This document shows, piece after piece, positions 17,620-26,053 of a DNA stretch of 64,000 nt. The notes beneath the pieces were generated by a model that was not told the origin of the DNA, made no database searches, and saw only the letters and a program-made list of their open reading frames with translations. Both the position numbers and the translations under genes were made by a program. Position 1 is the stretch's first letter. Each line of letters begins with the position of its first letter. Location: IMG/VR virus record IMGVR_UViG_3300043425_001539, positions 62,001 through 126,000 of that record; one strand, 5' to 3'.

Positions 17620-18388
17620 TATCTTTATTTATTTCATAATAATATTCTTTAAACGGTAAAGAGTTCCAATTTGCATGAAAATCTTTACTTAATTCAATAA
17701 ATTCTTTTTTCTTTTTGTCCAATTCTTCGCCTGCAAGAACTTCAAGTTGCATTCCTCCTGGGTGTGATATCCAAACTTGAACTTCATCAATAGGTTTTTT
17801 AAAAAGTTCTTCAAAAGAAAGGGCATATGCAGCACCTTGTTTTTTATATTTATTCATCACATCAATCCCACGTATTCCTGAAGCACTTTTAAAATCTGTG
17901 ATAATTCTTTTGCCGTTAATATGTTCAAATCCAAAATCGGCTGTTCCAGCAAATAAATTTTGCAAAGACCACAAAAACTTTTCAGTAAAAATTACTCTTT
18001 TGATGTTGTCAAATACATTTTCATGTATAAAATTATAAAATAAATCTCTGCCGTAAGAAATTTTATCTTCAGCCATCCCATCTTCTCTTAAATCAGCAGG
18101 TGTCTTCTTTTGCGTGTATAATAAACACATATCAGAATTACCTCCATTTTTGATACATATCATATAATTCTCCAAAAACCGATGCATAGCCGTACCTCTG
18201 CCTGCTGCACGTTCTCCTATTTCTTGAAGCTTTTCTTTTCCGATTGCATCTTCTAAATCTTGAAGATACTTTGAAGGTTCATATGAAAGAATAGTGGTAA
18301 CAGAAGGCATAAATATCGGCTCTGCATCATTTTCTTTATAAACATAAACTCTCCCGTGTGGTGTTTCAAATCTTTTAACTTTTGACAT
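17597..18388 (-). CDS. PD-(D/E)xK exonuclease (phage type)
   Basis: PSVTTIL, RGTAMH, FAGTAD, ITDFKS and Q-x-x-AY motifs. Confidence 0.85.
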   Translation of the reverse strand: MSKVKRFETPHGRVYVYKENDAEPIFMPSVTTILSYEPSKYLQDLEDAIGKEKLQEIGERAAGRGTAMHRFLENYMICIKNGGNSDMCLLYTQKKTPADLREDGMAEDKISYGRDLFYNFIHENVFDNIKRVIFTEKFLWSLQNLFAGTADFGFEHINGKRIITDFKSASGIRGIDVMNKYKKQGAAYALSFEELFKKPIDEVQVWISHPGGMQLEVLAGEELDKKKKEFIELSKDFHANWNSLPFKEYYYEINKDNESTSNS

Positions 18389-18389
18389 A

Positions 18390-18860
18390 TTATCCTCTTC
18401 TATATTCTTCTAATTGAATTCTGTGTTTAATACCGAAAGAAATTGTATCAATTGTTTTAACAGTTTCTTTCATATAATCTAAGTGATTTTGTAATAATTC
18501 TTTTCTTTCGTTAATATCAGCAATATCTACATATATATGTAATTCCTTTGGCTCTTTATCCATTCGTAAATCATAATTTCTGGTATAATGTTCCCACTTT
18601 TCAATTTTCTTTGCTCTAAAAATTTGATTTACTTTAGATAAATGAACCATTAAAGTATGACAATATTCAACAGCAATTTGCCTATACGAATAAATGTCAA
18701 CCTGCAAATCAGCAATTTTGTAAATATCCCTTAATCTTTCGGACATATCTTTAATCCTATCCGTCCACTCGTTTCTTTCAGTTTTAAATCTTGCAATTAA
18801 TTGCTCATTAATTTCACTAGAAGAGGTTTGAGGATTTGTGTTTGTGTTTTCTTGTGTCAC
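18390..18860 (-). CDS. uvsY: UvsY-like recombination mediator
   Basis: Helical 156 aa ending ETVKTIDTISFGIKHRIQLEEYRRG, next to uvsW; GTG start. Confidence 0.65.
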   Translation of the reverse strand: MTQENTNTNPQTSSSEINEQLIARFKTERNEWTDRIKDMSERLRDIYKIADLQVDIYSYRQIAVEYCHTLMVHLSKVNQIFRAKKIEKWEHYTRNYDLRMDKEPKELHIYVDIADINERKELLQNHLDYMKETVKTIDTISFGIKHRIQLEEYRRG

Positions 18861-19008
18861 GTATTTCAGATTTAATAATTAACTTTTTCTTGACAGATGA
18901 TACTTGAATTTCAGAAAAATCAGGTTTTTCAAAATTAAAAGAAAACTCGACATTTCCTTTAAACCTCACTTCTTCGTCTAAACCTATTTCATTAGATCCA
19001 GTATGCAT
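18817..19008 (-). CDS. Possible small 63-aa protein bridging primase and uvsY
   Basis: ATG 19008 (MHTGSNEIGLDEEVRFKGNVEFSFNFEKPDFSE...) fills a 130-nt gap and overlaps both neighbours. Confidence 0.4.
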   Translation of the reverse strand: MHTGSNEIGLDEEVRFKGNVEFSFNFEKPDFSEIQVSSVKKKLIIKSEIRDTRKHKHKSSNLF

Positions 19009-20113
19009 CGTATTTATCGTTGGAAAAATAGTTTGCCAATCTTGGTATTGAGATGTTTTTTCTTTTTGCCAAGACGACAAGGTCTGTGAGGTCCATTTTT
19101 TTATTTGTCGGTTCATCGATATTTGCTTCTTTAAAAAATTTCTTCCATAAAAATACAGGCTTGCCTTCTTTTAGGCGTTTAATTGAGGCTTCTTTACCCG
19201 CTTTATCAAAATCATACAAATATCTTAAAGATGATAAATCAATCGGAACATCAATATTTGACGAACAAGTAGCTATCGAATTTTTATATAAAAAAGAATC
19301 TAAAGGTCCTTCAAACACCGTAATAGGCAATGATAAATCCACATTAAGTAAACCAAAAATAGTTGACATTGGATCAACTTCTTCTACTTCATGTGTTACA
19401 GTTTTTCCAAAAATTTCGTATATTTTGCTTAATCTAAATGTCATATACTTAGGATATGTTTTAAAATTTCTAATCTGAAAACCTAAAACTTGATTGGTAT
19501 TAGGAATCAGATTAAAAATGTAAAGTTGTTCTTTTTCTTTACTCCAAGAAAAAATATCCATGTTTGGCTGCAACCTTTTAATTAAATAAGTTGCTATTGG
19601 AGATTTATCAATTCTTTTTAATTTAAACTTGTCCTCAATTATATTCCTATCAACAGCTAAAGTTTTTAATTTTTCTATGTCAAATAAGTAAGAAGGGTCT
19701 AATTGAATAATTTCCTTTTTTGTACTTTCCTCAGCATCTTTGATGTAAAGCATCTCATCAACGCTAAACACATCTTTTTTGAAGTCCTTTAAGAATTTAT
19801 AAACATCAGTGTATTTTCCACAATTATAACACTTAAAATATAATTTATCAATATAAATATTTCCGCGTTTTTTATGTGTATCAACGCTACTGTCTCCACA
19901 ATAAGGACATGCAAAATTTAAACGCCCAGCTTTATTATAAATTATTCTCTTTTCACTGTGTGCATGGTTGCTGTTTAAAATTTCCTGTAAAGAAACTTTA
20001 ATCTTTTCAATAATTTGTTGAGGATTAACAGCAACTGAATCTTTATCATAAGAAAAAGAGAATGAGGTTTTACCCCCATTCTCTCCGTTTTCATTTGAAT
20101 TAAAGTGATGCAT
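18992..20113 (-). CDS. gp61: DNA primase (T4 gp61-like)
   Basis: Zn finger CPYCGDS...CYNCG, Toprim VFEGPLDS and YDFD. Start moved to ATG 20113 because the longer ORF lies inside gp32. Confidence 0.88.
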   Translation of the reverse strand: MHHFNSNENGENGGKTSFSFSYDKDSVAVNPQQIIEKIKVSLQEILNSNHAHSEKRIIYNKAGRLNFACPYCGDSSVDTHKKRGNIYIDKLYFKCYNCGKYTDVYKFLKDFKKDVFSVDEMLYIKDAEESTKKEIIQLDPSYLFDIEKLKTLAVDRNIIEDKFKLKRIDKSPIATYLIKRLQPNMDIFSWSKEKEQLYIFNLIPNTNQVLGFQIRNFKTYPKYMTFRLSKIYEIFGKTVTHEVEEVDPMSTIFGLLNVDLSLPITVFEGPLDSFLYKNSIATCSSNIDVPIDLSSLRYLYDFDKAGKEASIKRLKEGKPVFLWKKFFKEANIDEPTNKKMDLTDLVVLAKRKNISIPRLANYFSNDKYDAYWI

Positions 20114-21035
20114 AAAGGTCATCATCAAAAGAATTTGGGTCAAAATCATCAGAATCATCGAGTATTGATGATGTTTCAACAGCCGCAGGTTTTGGTTTAG
20201 TCGGCGCGGACGGCAAAACAAAATCATCATTGCTTTCAGAGATTGCTGATGTAGTTTTTCGATTGTTTTTTTCCACGGATTCAATCATACGGCCACCTGG
20301 GACAGTGTTTCTGATAACTTGATTGACAAAATCTTCGGTTGCTTGATCCCAATCTTGATAATCATAAGCACTTAGATCAGGAGATTCGTCAAGATATGAT
20401 TTAATTTTATTAAAGCATTCTTGAGTTTTTTCCATTTTTTCTCCATCTATGGTAAGCGGCATTTTTTCATCCAAAAAACGACAATTATCATAGTTATTAT
20501 AACCTGCTACTTGCGTAATGTGAACAAGAAATGGCTTTCCTTCAAAAAGATCAAAAGGAATGTGTGGTTTTCCAAATTCTGGCTTCATTTCAGCCTGTAA
20601 TTTGTTGTAAATTTTGACTCCATAAGGCCACACCATAATTTTACCAACCATTTCAGGATTGTTGTCATCTTTGATGATTTGAACCAATGAAGCAAATCGT
20701 TGCCTGCGAGAAAAATTTTCGGCTAATTTTTGTTCAGCAACAGAATCAGACTTTTTAAATTTCCAATAAAAATCTTGGATAATTGACTTTTTACCAACAG
20801 TGGAAGGGCAGTCAACCATTTTTCCTTCATTATTAGCTGGATCAACCAACCAACATGACCATTTTTTCATTACCGATTTTTTTGCATCCTTATGCCAAGG
20901 AATAAATCGAACTACTGCTTTGTAAACTCCATCTTTACCAGATTTTGAATCAGGTTTAAAAATTAAAGATTGTTTACGTTCGGGCTCTTTGAAGTCATCG
21001 AGCGAAAGATTAAAGATGTCATTAAGATTCTCCAT
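20100..21035 (-). CDS. gp32: Single-stranded DNA-binding protein (T4 gp32-like)
   Basis: YKAVVRFIP, IIKDDNNPEMVGKIMVWPYGVKIY, FDLFEGKPF, GYNNYD and an acidic C-tail. Confidence 0.9.
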   Translation of the reverse strand: MENLNDIFNLSLDDFKEPERKQSLIFKPDSKSGKDGVYKAVVRFIPWHKDAKKSVMKKWSCWLVDPANNEGKMVDCPSTVGKKSIIQDFYWKFKKSDSVAEQKLAENFSRRQRFASLVQIIKDDNNPEMVGKIMVWPYGVKIYNKLQAEMKPEFGKPHIPFDLFEGKPFLVHITQVAGYNNYDNCRFLDEKMPLTIDGEKMEKTQECFNKIKSYLDESPDLSAYDYQDWDQATEDFVNQVIRNTVPGGRMIESVEKNNRKTTSAISESNDDFVLPSAPTKPKPAAVETSSILDDSDDFDPNSFDDDLYASL

Positions 21036-21098
21036 TTTACTTTAGATTTATTTTAGTTTGTTTTAAGTTTACATTAAGACGCCTTAAGTGAATTCAAT

Positions 21099-21107
21099 TT
21101 ATATATT
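21099..21107 (-). promoter_or_regulatory. Candidate promoter motif AATATATAA
   Basis: Intergenic, 63 nt upstream of the gp32 ATG. Confidence 0.5.
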
Positions 21108-21120
21108 CACGAACAAAACA

Positions 21121-21441
21121 TTAGTTTTGTACTTCATTAATATTTTTTTGTACTTCTTCTAAGACTAAATTTTTTGCTTCCTCTAAAGAGATATTTAAAC
21201 GTTCACTTAAGTCTTTATAAAAATTATTTTCTTGCTGTGTTACATATTGCATTTTTGCAACAATGATATTCATATCATCTTCGGCATTTCTAATTTGAGC
21301 ACCTACTTTACTTGCCTCGGCATAAATTTTTCTTAGTTGCTCAAGTAATTCGGATATTTTTTGAATTTCATCCTGCGACAGCTTAGAAGATTTGTAATTT
21401 ATCATTGGCTCAGGTGTAATTAAATCTTTATTAGTTTCCAT
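21121..21441 (-). CDS. Coiled-coil hypothetical protein
   Basis: Start moved to ATG 21441 (METNKDL) to avoid overlap; heptad pattern. Confidence 0.6.
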   Translation of the reverse strand: METNKDLITPEPMINYKSSKLSQDEIQKISELLEQLRKIYAEASKVGAQIRNAEDDMNIIVAKMQYVTQQENNFYKDLSERLNISLEEAKNLVLEEVQKNINEVQN

Positions 21442-21467
21442 ATTATACTTATTATATACAAATTGTT

Positions 21468-22106
21468 TTAAATAGTTTTGTGATGCGCTTCGATTGTTTT
21501 TAATACCCAATATGAATCAACGATATCATCAAGAGGTTTAAGCCAGGCACCTTTTTTATTTTGAAATTTTTCAGGATTTTCTTTTAAAGATTTATGTAAA
21601 GATGTATTAATCAAGAATGCATCGGTAGAATTAATAAATGCTTCTATCATATTTTCTTTTTTAAAGTTTCCTTTGCCAGCTGTTGATTTAACGGTCATAG
21701 GCGAATATACATTAAAATTCTCAATATCCAAACCATTTTTAATTAACTCCCATCGCAAAACCCATTGATATCCACTTATTTGTGCAAGACGGTTTCCAGT
21801 GGATGCAAAAGAGAATCCTTCTATACCCCATTCTTTAATAGGTATTCCTGCAAAACAATTTGTTATTTGTGGAATTAATAATAAAGCATCTTTTACAGAT
21901 GTTCGTTCTCTTTCACCTATTGAAGCTTTTTTATGCGGAGCAGCTTCTTCGTCTGATTCAAATAATAAAACCTCCGCATCTAAAAATGCTTGTTTATCTT
22001 TTTCTTTAATTATGCCATTTCTTGCATAAGAATAAAAATTATAAGAATTTTCGGTTTTGAGAGTTGCGGCTGCTGATTTGATTGAAAAGTCAATCCCTAA
22101 AATCAT
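21468..22106 (-). CDS. RuvC-like (RNase H fold) Holliday junction resolvase
   Basis: MILGIDFS, WGIEGFSF, K-x-x-AGKGN-x-K and DDIVDSY acidic motifs. Confidence 0.8.
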   Translation of the reverse strand: MILGIDFSIKSAAATLKTENSYNFYSYARNGIIKEKDKQAFLDAEVLLFESDEEAAPHKKASIGERERTSVKDALLLIPQITNCFAGIPIKEWGIEGFSFASTGNRLAQISGYQWVLRWELIKNGLDIENFNVYSPMTVKSTAGKGNFKKENMIEAFINSTDAFLINTSLHKSLKENPEKFQNKKGAWLKPLDDIVDSYWVLKTIEAHHKTI

Positions 22107-22435
22107 TTATTCATATTGTTTTGTATAGCATTGCCTAATGCGGCTGATACCAAGCGTGATGTAAACATATCATATAAAATTCCTTTTTCAATACCTAGTG
22201 CTCTTGCAACAACCCTACCTATTGAAGGCCCTACTAAATACCCTAACGCTGCACCAAAAATACCTTCACTTATTGCTTTCTCTAATCCGGGTATTCCTTC
22301 TTTGTCAACAATTTCATTTAATTTTTTTTCAAAATTGCCAACCTCTATGATTTGATCTTCATCAAGTTCATAAATTTCGATTTGTTCAATCTTTGGAGGG
22401 TTTCTAAATTCTTTAAAACTTTTCATTTTAATCAA
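22103..22435 (-). CDS. Hypothetical protein with CTS-like leader and Gly-rich hydrophobic helices
   Basis: MKSFKEF start; GIFGAALGYLVGPSIG segment. Confidence 0.6.
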   Translation of the reverse strand: MIKMKSFKEFRNPPKIEQIEIYELDEDQIIEVGNFEKKLNEIVDKEGIPGLEKAISEGIFGAALGYLVGPSIGRVVARALGIEKGILYDMFTSRLVSAALGNAIQNNMNK

Positions 22436-22973
22436 ATCTTTTCTTAATGTTTACGTAGTTATACTTAAAATTAGCAGTAAAATTCTTAAAATCCGCTGTG
22501 TTTGATGAATAATCAAGTTCAAGTTCAGATAAACTAGTATATACTATTTGTGAAAGTTCAACTGCAACAAATTCAAATCCTGATTGGTCCAAAAAGGAAA
22601 TGGTTACATCTCCTAAATATTTATTTTTTTGGTCCAAATCATAATATTCAAAAAACATATCAAACATTACCCAATAATTTATATATCCTTCATAAGATTT
22701 AAAAGTTATAGTAAAATTGCGGTCCAACCAATATATAGGTCGCAAGCCAGCCTTTGCAGTTACAGGATCTTCATATAATGTCTGTTCAACCGTTTCTGCG
22801 GTTAATGAAGGAAATGAGATTGATTGTATGCCCGCTGTCATATAATCATGCAAATTTTCATATGGCAGAGGTAATCTTTTAATGTACGTTTCGTATTTAT
22901 TAACAATTTCTGGGTAGAAAAAGTTTTTTTGAAGCCGTACAATAAAATTGGTATTTTTGCTATTTAAAATCAT
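22428..22973 (-). CDS. Tail completion/tube-fold protein (T4 gp3/gp19-like)
   Basis: QSISFPSL...FTITF...NYW...VTISFLD...SLSELELDY...FTANFKY pattern. Confidence 0.6.
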   Translation of the reverse strand: MILNSKNTNFIVRLQKNFFYPEIVNKYETYIKRLPLPYENLHDYMTAGIQSISFPSLTAETVEQTLYEDPVTAKAGLRPIYWLDRNFTITFKSYEGYINYWVMFDMFFEYYDLDQKNKYLGDVTISFLDQSGFEFVAVELSQIVYTSLSELELDYSSNTADFKNFTANFKYNYVNIKKRFD

Positions 22974-22978
22974 AAAGT

Positions 22979-25123
22979 TTATCTAAATTCAAAATTTGTT
23001 GTGCCATCAGCATTAACACTTGAAACAATTCCTTCTTCGCGTTTTTCGTTATTAATAGGAATCGTTTGTCCAGATGGATTTTTAACAACAGGTGCTGTTG
23101 CTGCCCAATTGTTTGATTCCATATTGGGAGTTAACCCAGGAATTTCAGGTATGTTTAATGTACTTGCTGTGCTATTATTTGCATTTGCTAATGCATAATT
23201 CACTGCGGCGGATTGTGATGTTGCAGTAACTATTCCTTTGGTTGTGCTAACAGCATTATTGGCAATTTGCGCTTGTGCTATTGAATTAGCGGGGGATGAA
23301 GATGTGCTTGTTACGCCTGAAGTTGCAACAGCTGTGCCTGTTCCTGTAGTTACATTTAATGTTAATGCTTTAAGTTTTTGTTTAAGTTGAGTAATTTCCT
23401 CGTCTTTTTGCAATAAGGCAGCAGATATCGAAGTCTTAAATTCAATATTTTCAAATTCTCCTGTGTATATTAAAACGTCATCACCTTCTACATTTTTATT
23501 AACCAAATAATAATTTCTTGTTGTCCCTCCTAAAAGTTTAACCGCGGTTTCACTGTCTATTTTAAATAAAATTTCACCTGCCCCAGGATTTGCTGCTTCA
23601 ATATTTTGAACAGGATCTATAAATATTTGTGAATTATCACTGAACACAAAACTTAATTTTACATTCATCCCGTTACTTGCAAGATCCAATGTAACATTTT
23701 GTTTTTTATCCTTTGATTTTGTAAAAATTTTGAATTTTACAAAATTATCAAACGGATTCATATAAAAAATATTTGTTCCTTGTGGATATACAACTTGTCC
23801 TAAATCAGCCGAATCTATTTCGGTTGTTGAGGCAACAGAAATAAAATTAACATCATAATAATTATTAACATAGCTGTATTGAGTTATTATTCTAGGTGTT
23901 CCAAATGAAACACTTGGAGCAGGAGTATCATCGGTTTTAACAATTTTATTGTAAACTTTAATTGGTCTAAATCCTTCTAAAGCATTAATCTTTTCTAATT
24001 GATAACCGTATTTTTTTGCGTCTGTTGAAGAAAACGTTGATCTTCTAACTATTTCTTTGTTACTTACTTTATTTACTAAACGCATAATATATTCAATATT
24101 ATAAGAATATATTGCAGCAGCATTTCTTAATACTGGCCTATAAATTGACGGCTGGTCAAAATTATCTTCTTGCAAAATTGTCACATCAGACGTTTTAATA
24201 AAGTTGGTTCCTATTTGTTCGTATACCGTTAATTGGTTGATAACAACCCATTGACCTGATTCGTTCAATAGATTAATGTAATCTTCAATAAACCCTCCTT
24301 GAAAAGTAGGGTAATATTCTATAAAATCAAATTCTGCATTTTCTTTAATCACTGCGCCAACAAAAGAGTACTCATCTTGCTGATTGACAGAGCTATTCCA
24401 TGTAGTTCCAATATTAAGATATCTATTTCCATTGGTTTCTGTAATTGAATTTATTTCATACAGATTAATGCTTATTTGTGAAGACTGTGAAAAACCTACA
24501 TTACCAAAAGTGTATTGATATCCTACTGAATTTGTTGCCGCAGGAGAAGTCCAGAAATCTAAATTTACATTATATAAAGAAGGAACTTTAAATTCTATGT
24601 ATCTATCAAAATATCTATCAGCAATAAAAATAGGATCGGGAGAAAATGTTACATCAGGTTCACTTCTTAAATAAACATTAGCAGCAGCGGTAAAAGGACG
24701 TTGATTTGTCCCGTTTGCAGTCCATTCATTAAATGCTATTTCTGTGATTACACCATCTAATCCAGGAAATGTGAATCCAGCTAAAAAATGAACACGAACA
24801 GTATCATATTTTTGATTTGATAATAAACTTGCGGTAACATCAGTTAAAACAAAATTATTATCTCGTTGGATAATAGGAACAGGTGTATCTATGTCATGAT
24901 ATGCCCAAACTTTTGAATCTAATCCTAGTTTGCTAGCTGATTTATCAAGAATGTTGCCAGTTCTTTTGTATGCCTGAGCATTATTTAAAAACTGATACGT
25001 ATTAGTGTATCTATTCTGCAAACGTAAACATCTTGCTTGTGATGTTGTAATTGTTTCATTAGAATAGATGTATTCTACTAATGCATAATTTGTTATTTGT
25101 ATGTACTGTGAAGTAGCAGACAT
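22979..25123 (-). CDS. Virion structural protein with Ala/Thr/Ser-rich C-terminus
   Basis: 714 aa, beta-rich, within the structural block. Confidence 0.55.
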   Translation of the reverse strand: MSATSQYIQITNYALVEYIYSNETITTSQARCLRLQNRYTNTYQFLNNAQAYKRTGNILDKSASKLGLDSKVWAYHDIDTPVPIIQRDNNFVLTDVTASLLSNQKYDTVRVHFLAGFTFPGLDGVITEIAFNEWTANGTNQRPFTAAANVYLRSEPDVTFSPDPIFIADRYFDRYIEFKVPSLYNVNLDFWTSPAATNSVGYQYTFGNVGFSQSSQISINLYEINSITETNGNRYLNIGTTWNSSVNQQDEYSFVGAVIKENAEFDFIEYYPTFQGGFIEDYINLLNESGQWVVINQLTVYEQIGTNFIKTSDVTILQEDNFDQPSIYRPVLRNAAAIYSYNIEYIMRLVNKVSNKEIVRRSTFSSTDAKKYGYQLEKINALEGFRPIKVYNKIVKTDDTPAPSVSFGTPRIITQYSYVNNYYDVNFISVASTTEIDSADLGQVVYPQGTNIFYMNPFDNFVKFKIFTKSKDKKQNVTLDLASNGMNVKLSFVFSDNSQIFIDPVQNIEAANPGAGEILFKIDSETAVKLLGGTTRNYYLVNKNVEGDDVLIYTGEFENIEFKTSISAALLQKDEEITQLKQKLKALTLNVTTGTGTAVATSGVTSTSSSPANSIAQAQIANNAVSTTKGIVTATSQSAAVNYALANANNSTASTLNIPEIPGLTPNMESNNWAATAPVVKNPSGQTIPINNEKREEGIVSSVNADGTTNFEFR

Positions 25124-25133
25124 TTTAAAAAAT

Positions 25134-25634
25134 TTATTTTATTGCTATTATTCCCAAGATTAAACCAATTAAGGATATGCCGCTGATTGAACCGCCTACT
25201 AGCATTTTAGTTTTTAAACTATGTATTTCTTTTTGATAGATATCTTCAATTTCTTTAGACTTATCTAATTGTGATTCCAATGTTACAATTGCTTCCTCCC
25301 TGTTTATTATCATTTCTTTAAGTTCAGAAATTTGTGTATTTTTATAATCCACAGCTTCTTTTAGGATATTTATTTGAACATACTGTTCCATGATTAATTT
25401 ATCTTTTGATGATATTATCTTTAAACAAATACTATCATATTCGGCTACTTCTAAATTTAATTTTTCAAACCAAAAAAGTAGGTCAGTTAAATTATCAAGT
25501 TTTTGAGCTTGTTCAACCGTCATTATAATTACATCATTGCCCGAAGAATCTTTTTCAAAAATAGGATAATTTGTCTGACCTAACAAAGAAAAAGAAAAAG
25601 AAATACATAATATTAATAGAATACTTTTAATCAT
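25134..25634 (-). CDS. Signal peptide plus coiled coil plus C-terminal TM protein (spanin-like?)
   Basis: MIKSILLILCISFSFSLLG; heptads; C-terminal GGSISGISLIGLILGIIAIK. Confidence 0.5.
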   Translation of the reverse strand: MIKSILLILCISFSFSLLGQTNYPIFEKDSSGNDVIIMTVEQAQKLDNLTDLLFWFEKLNLEVAEYDSICLKIISSKDKLIMEQYVQINILKEAVDYKNTQISELKEMIINREEAIVTLESQLDKSKEIEDIYQKEIHSLKTKMLVGGSISGISLIGLILGIIAIK

Positions 25635-26041
25635 ATCTCCAACTTAATTTTTAAAGAGTTAAGTAAATCTTCATTTGTTCTATTATTGGGATTTCTTTTT
25701 AACTCGTCAATCTTTTTTTGGGTTTCAGCTAATTCTTTTTTAATTAAAAATAACTCTCTTTGTGATCTATACAAGTTTCTTTGTAAAATTTCAATTTCTT
25801 TATCAGAATTTTTAATTTTGTCAACAAGAGTTAATTCTTTTTTTTCCAAAACTTGATAATCATATTTTAGGCGACGAAATTCTTCATTTAGAATTTCATA
25901 TTCTTTGTATAATTCCTGTTTCTTTGCCTCAAGTGTTGCTATCTTTTCTTTATATCCACTATTACTTGTATACCACATTGATCCCAATACACCGCAACAT
26001 ATAAGTAAGATAATAATTATAATATTTCTACTGTCTTTCAT
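25631..26041 (-). CDS. N-terminal TM plus coiled-coil protein (i-spanin-like?)
   Basis: IIIIILLICCGVLGSMWY then a long Lys/Glu heptad; 4-nt overlap with the downstream gene. Confidence 0.5.
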   Translation of the reverse strand: MKDSRNIIIIILLICCGVLGSMWYTSNSGYKEKIATLEAKKQELYKEYEILNEEFRRLKYDYQVLEKKELTLVDKIKNSDKEIEILQRNLYRSQRELFLIKKELAETQKKIDELKRNPNNRTNEDLLNSLKIKLEI

Positions 26042-26053
26042 ATTTGTGATTTT

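Noticed and set aside
20114-20284. Long N-terminal extension of primase given by the ORF track (similar extensions at 8283, 11279, 12250, 21510, 60543)
   Set aside because: They overlap the upstream gene; downstream ATGs sit right at the upstream stop and restore the conserved leaders.
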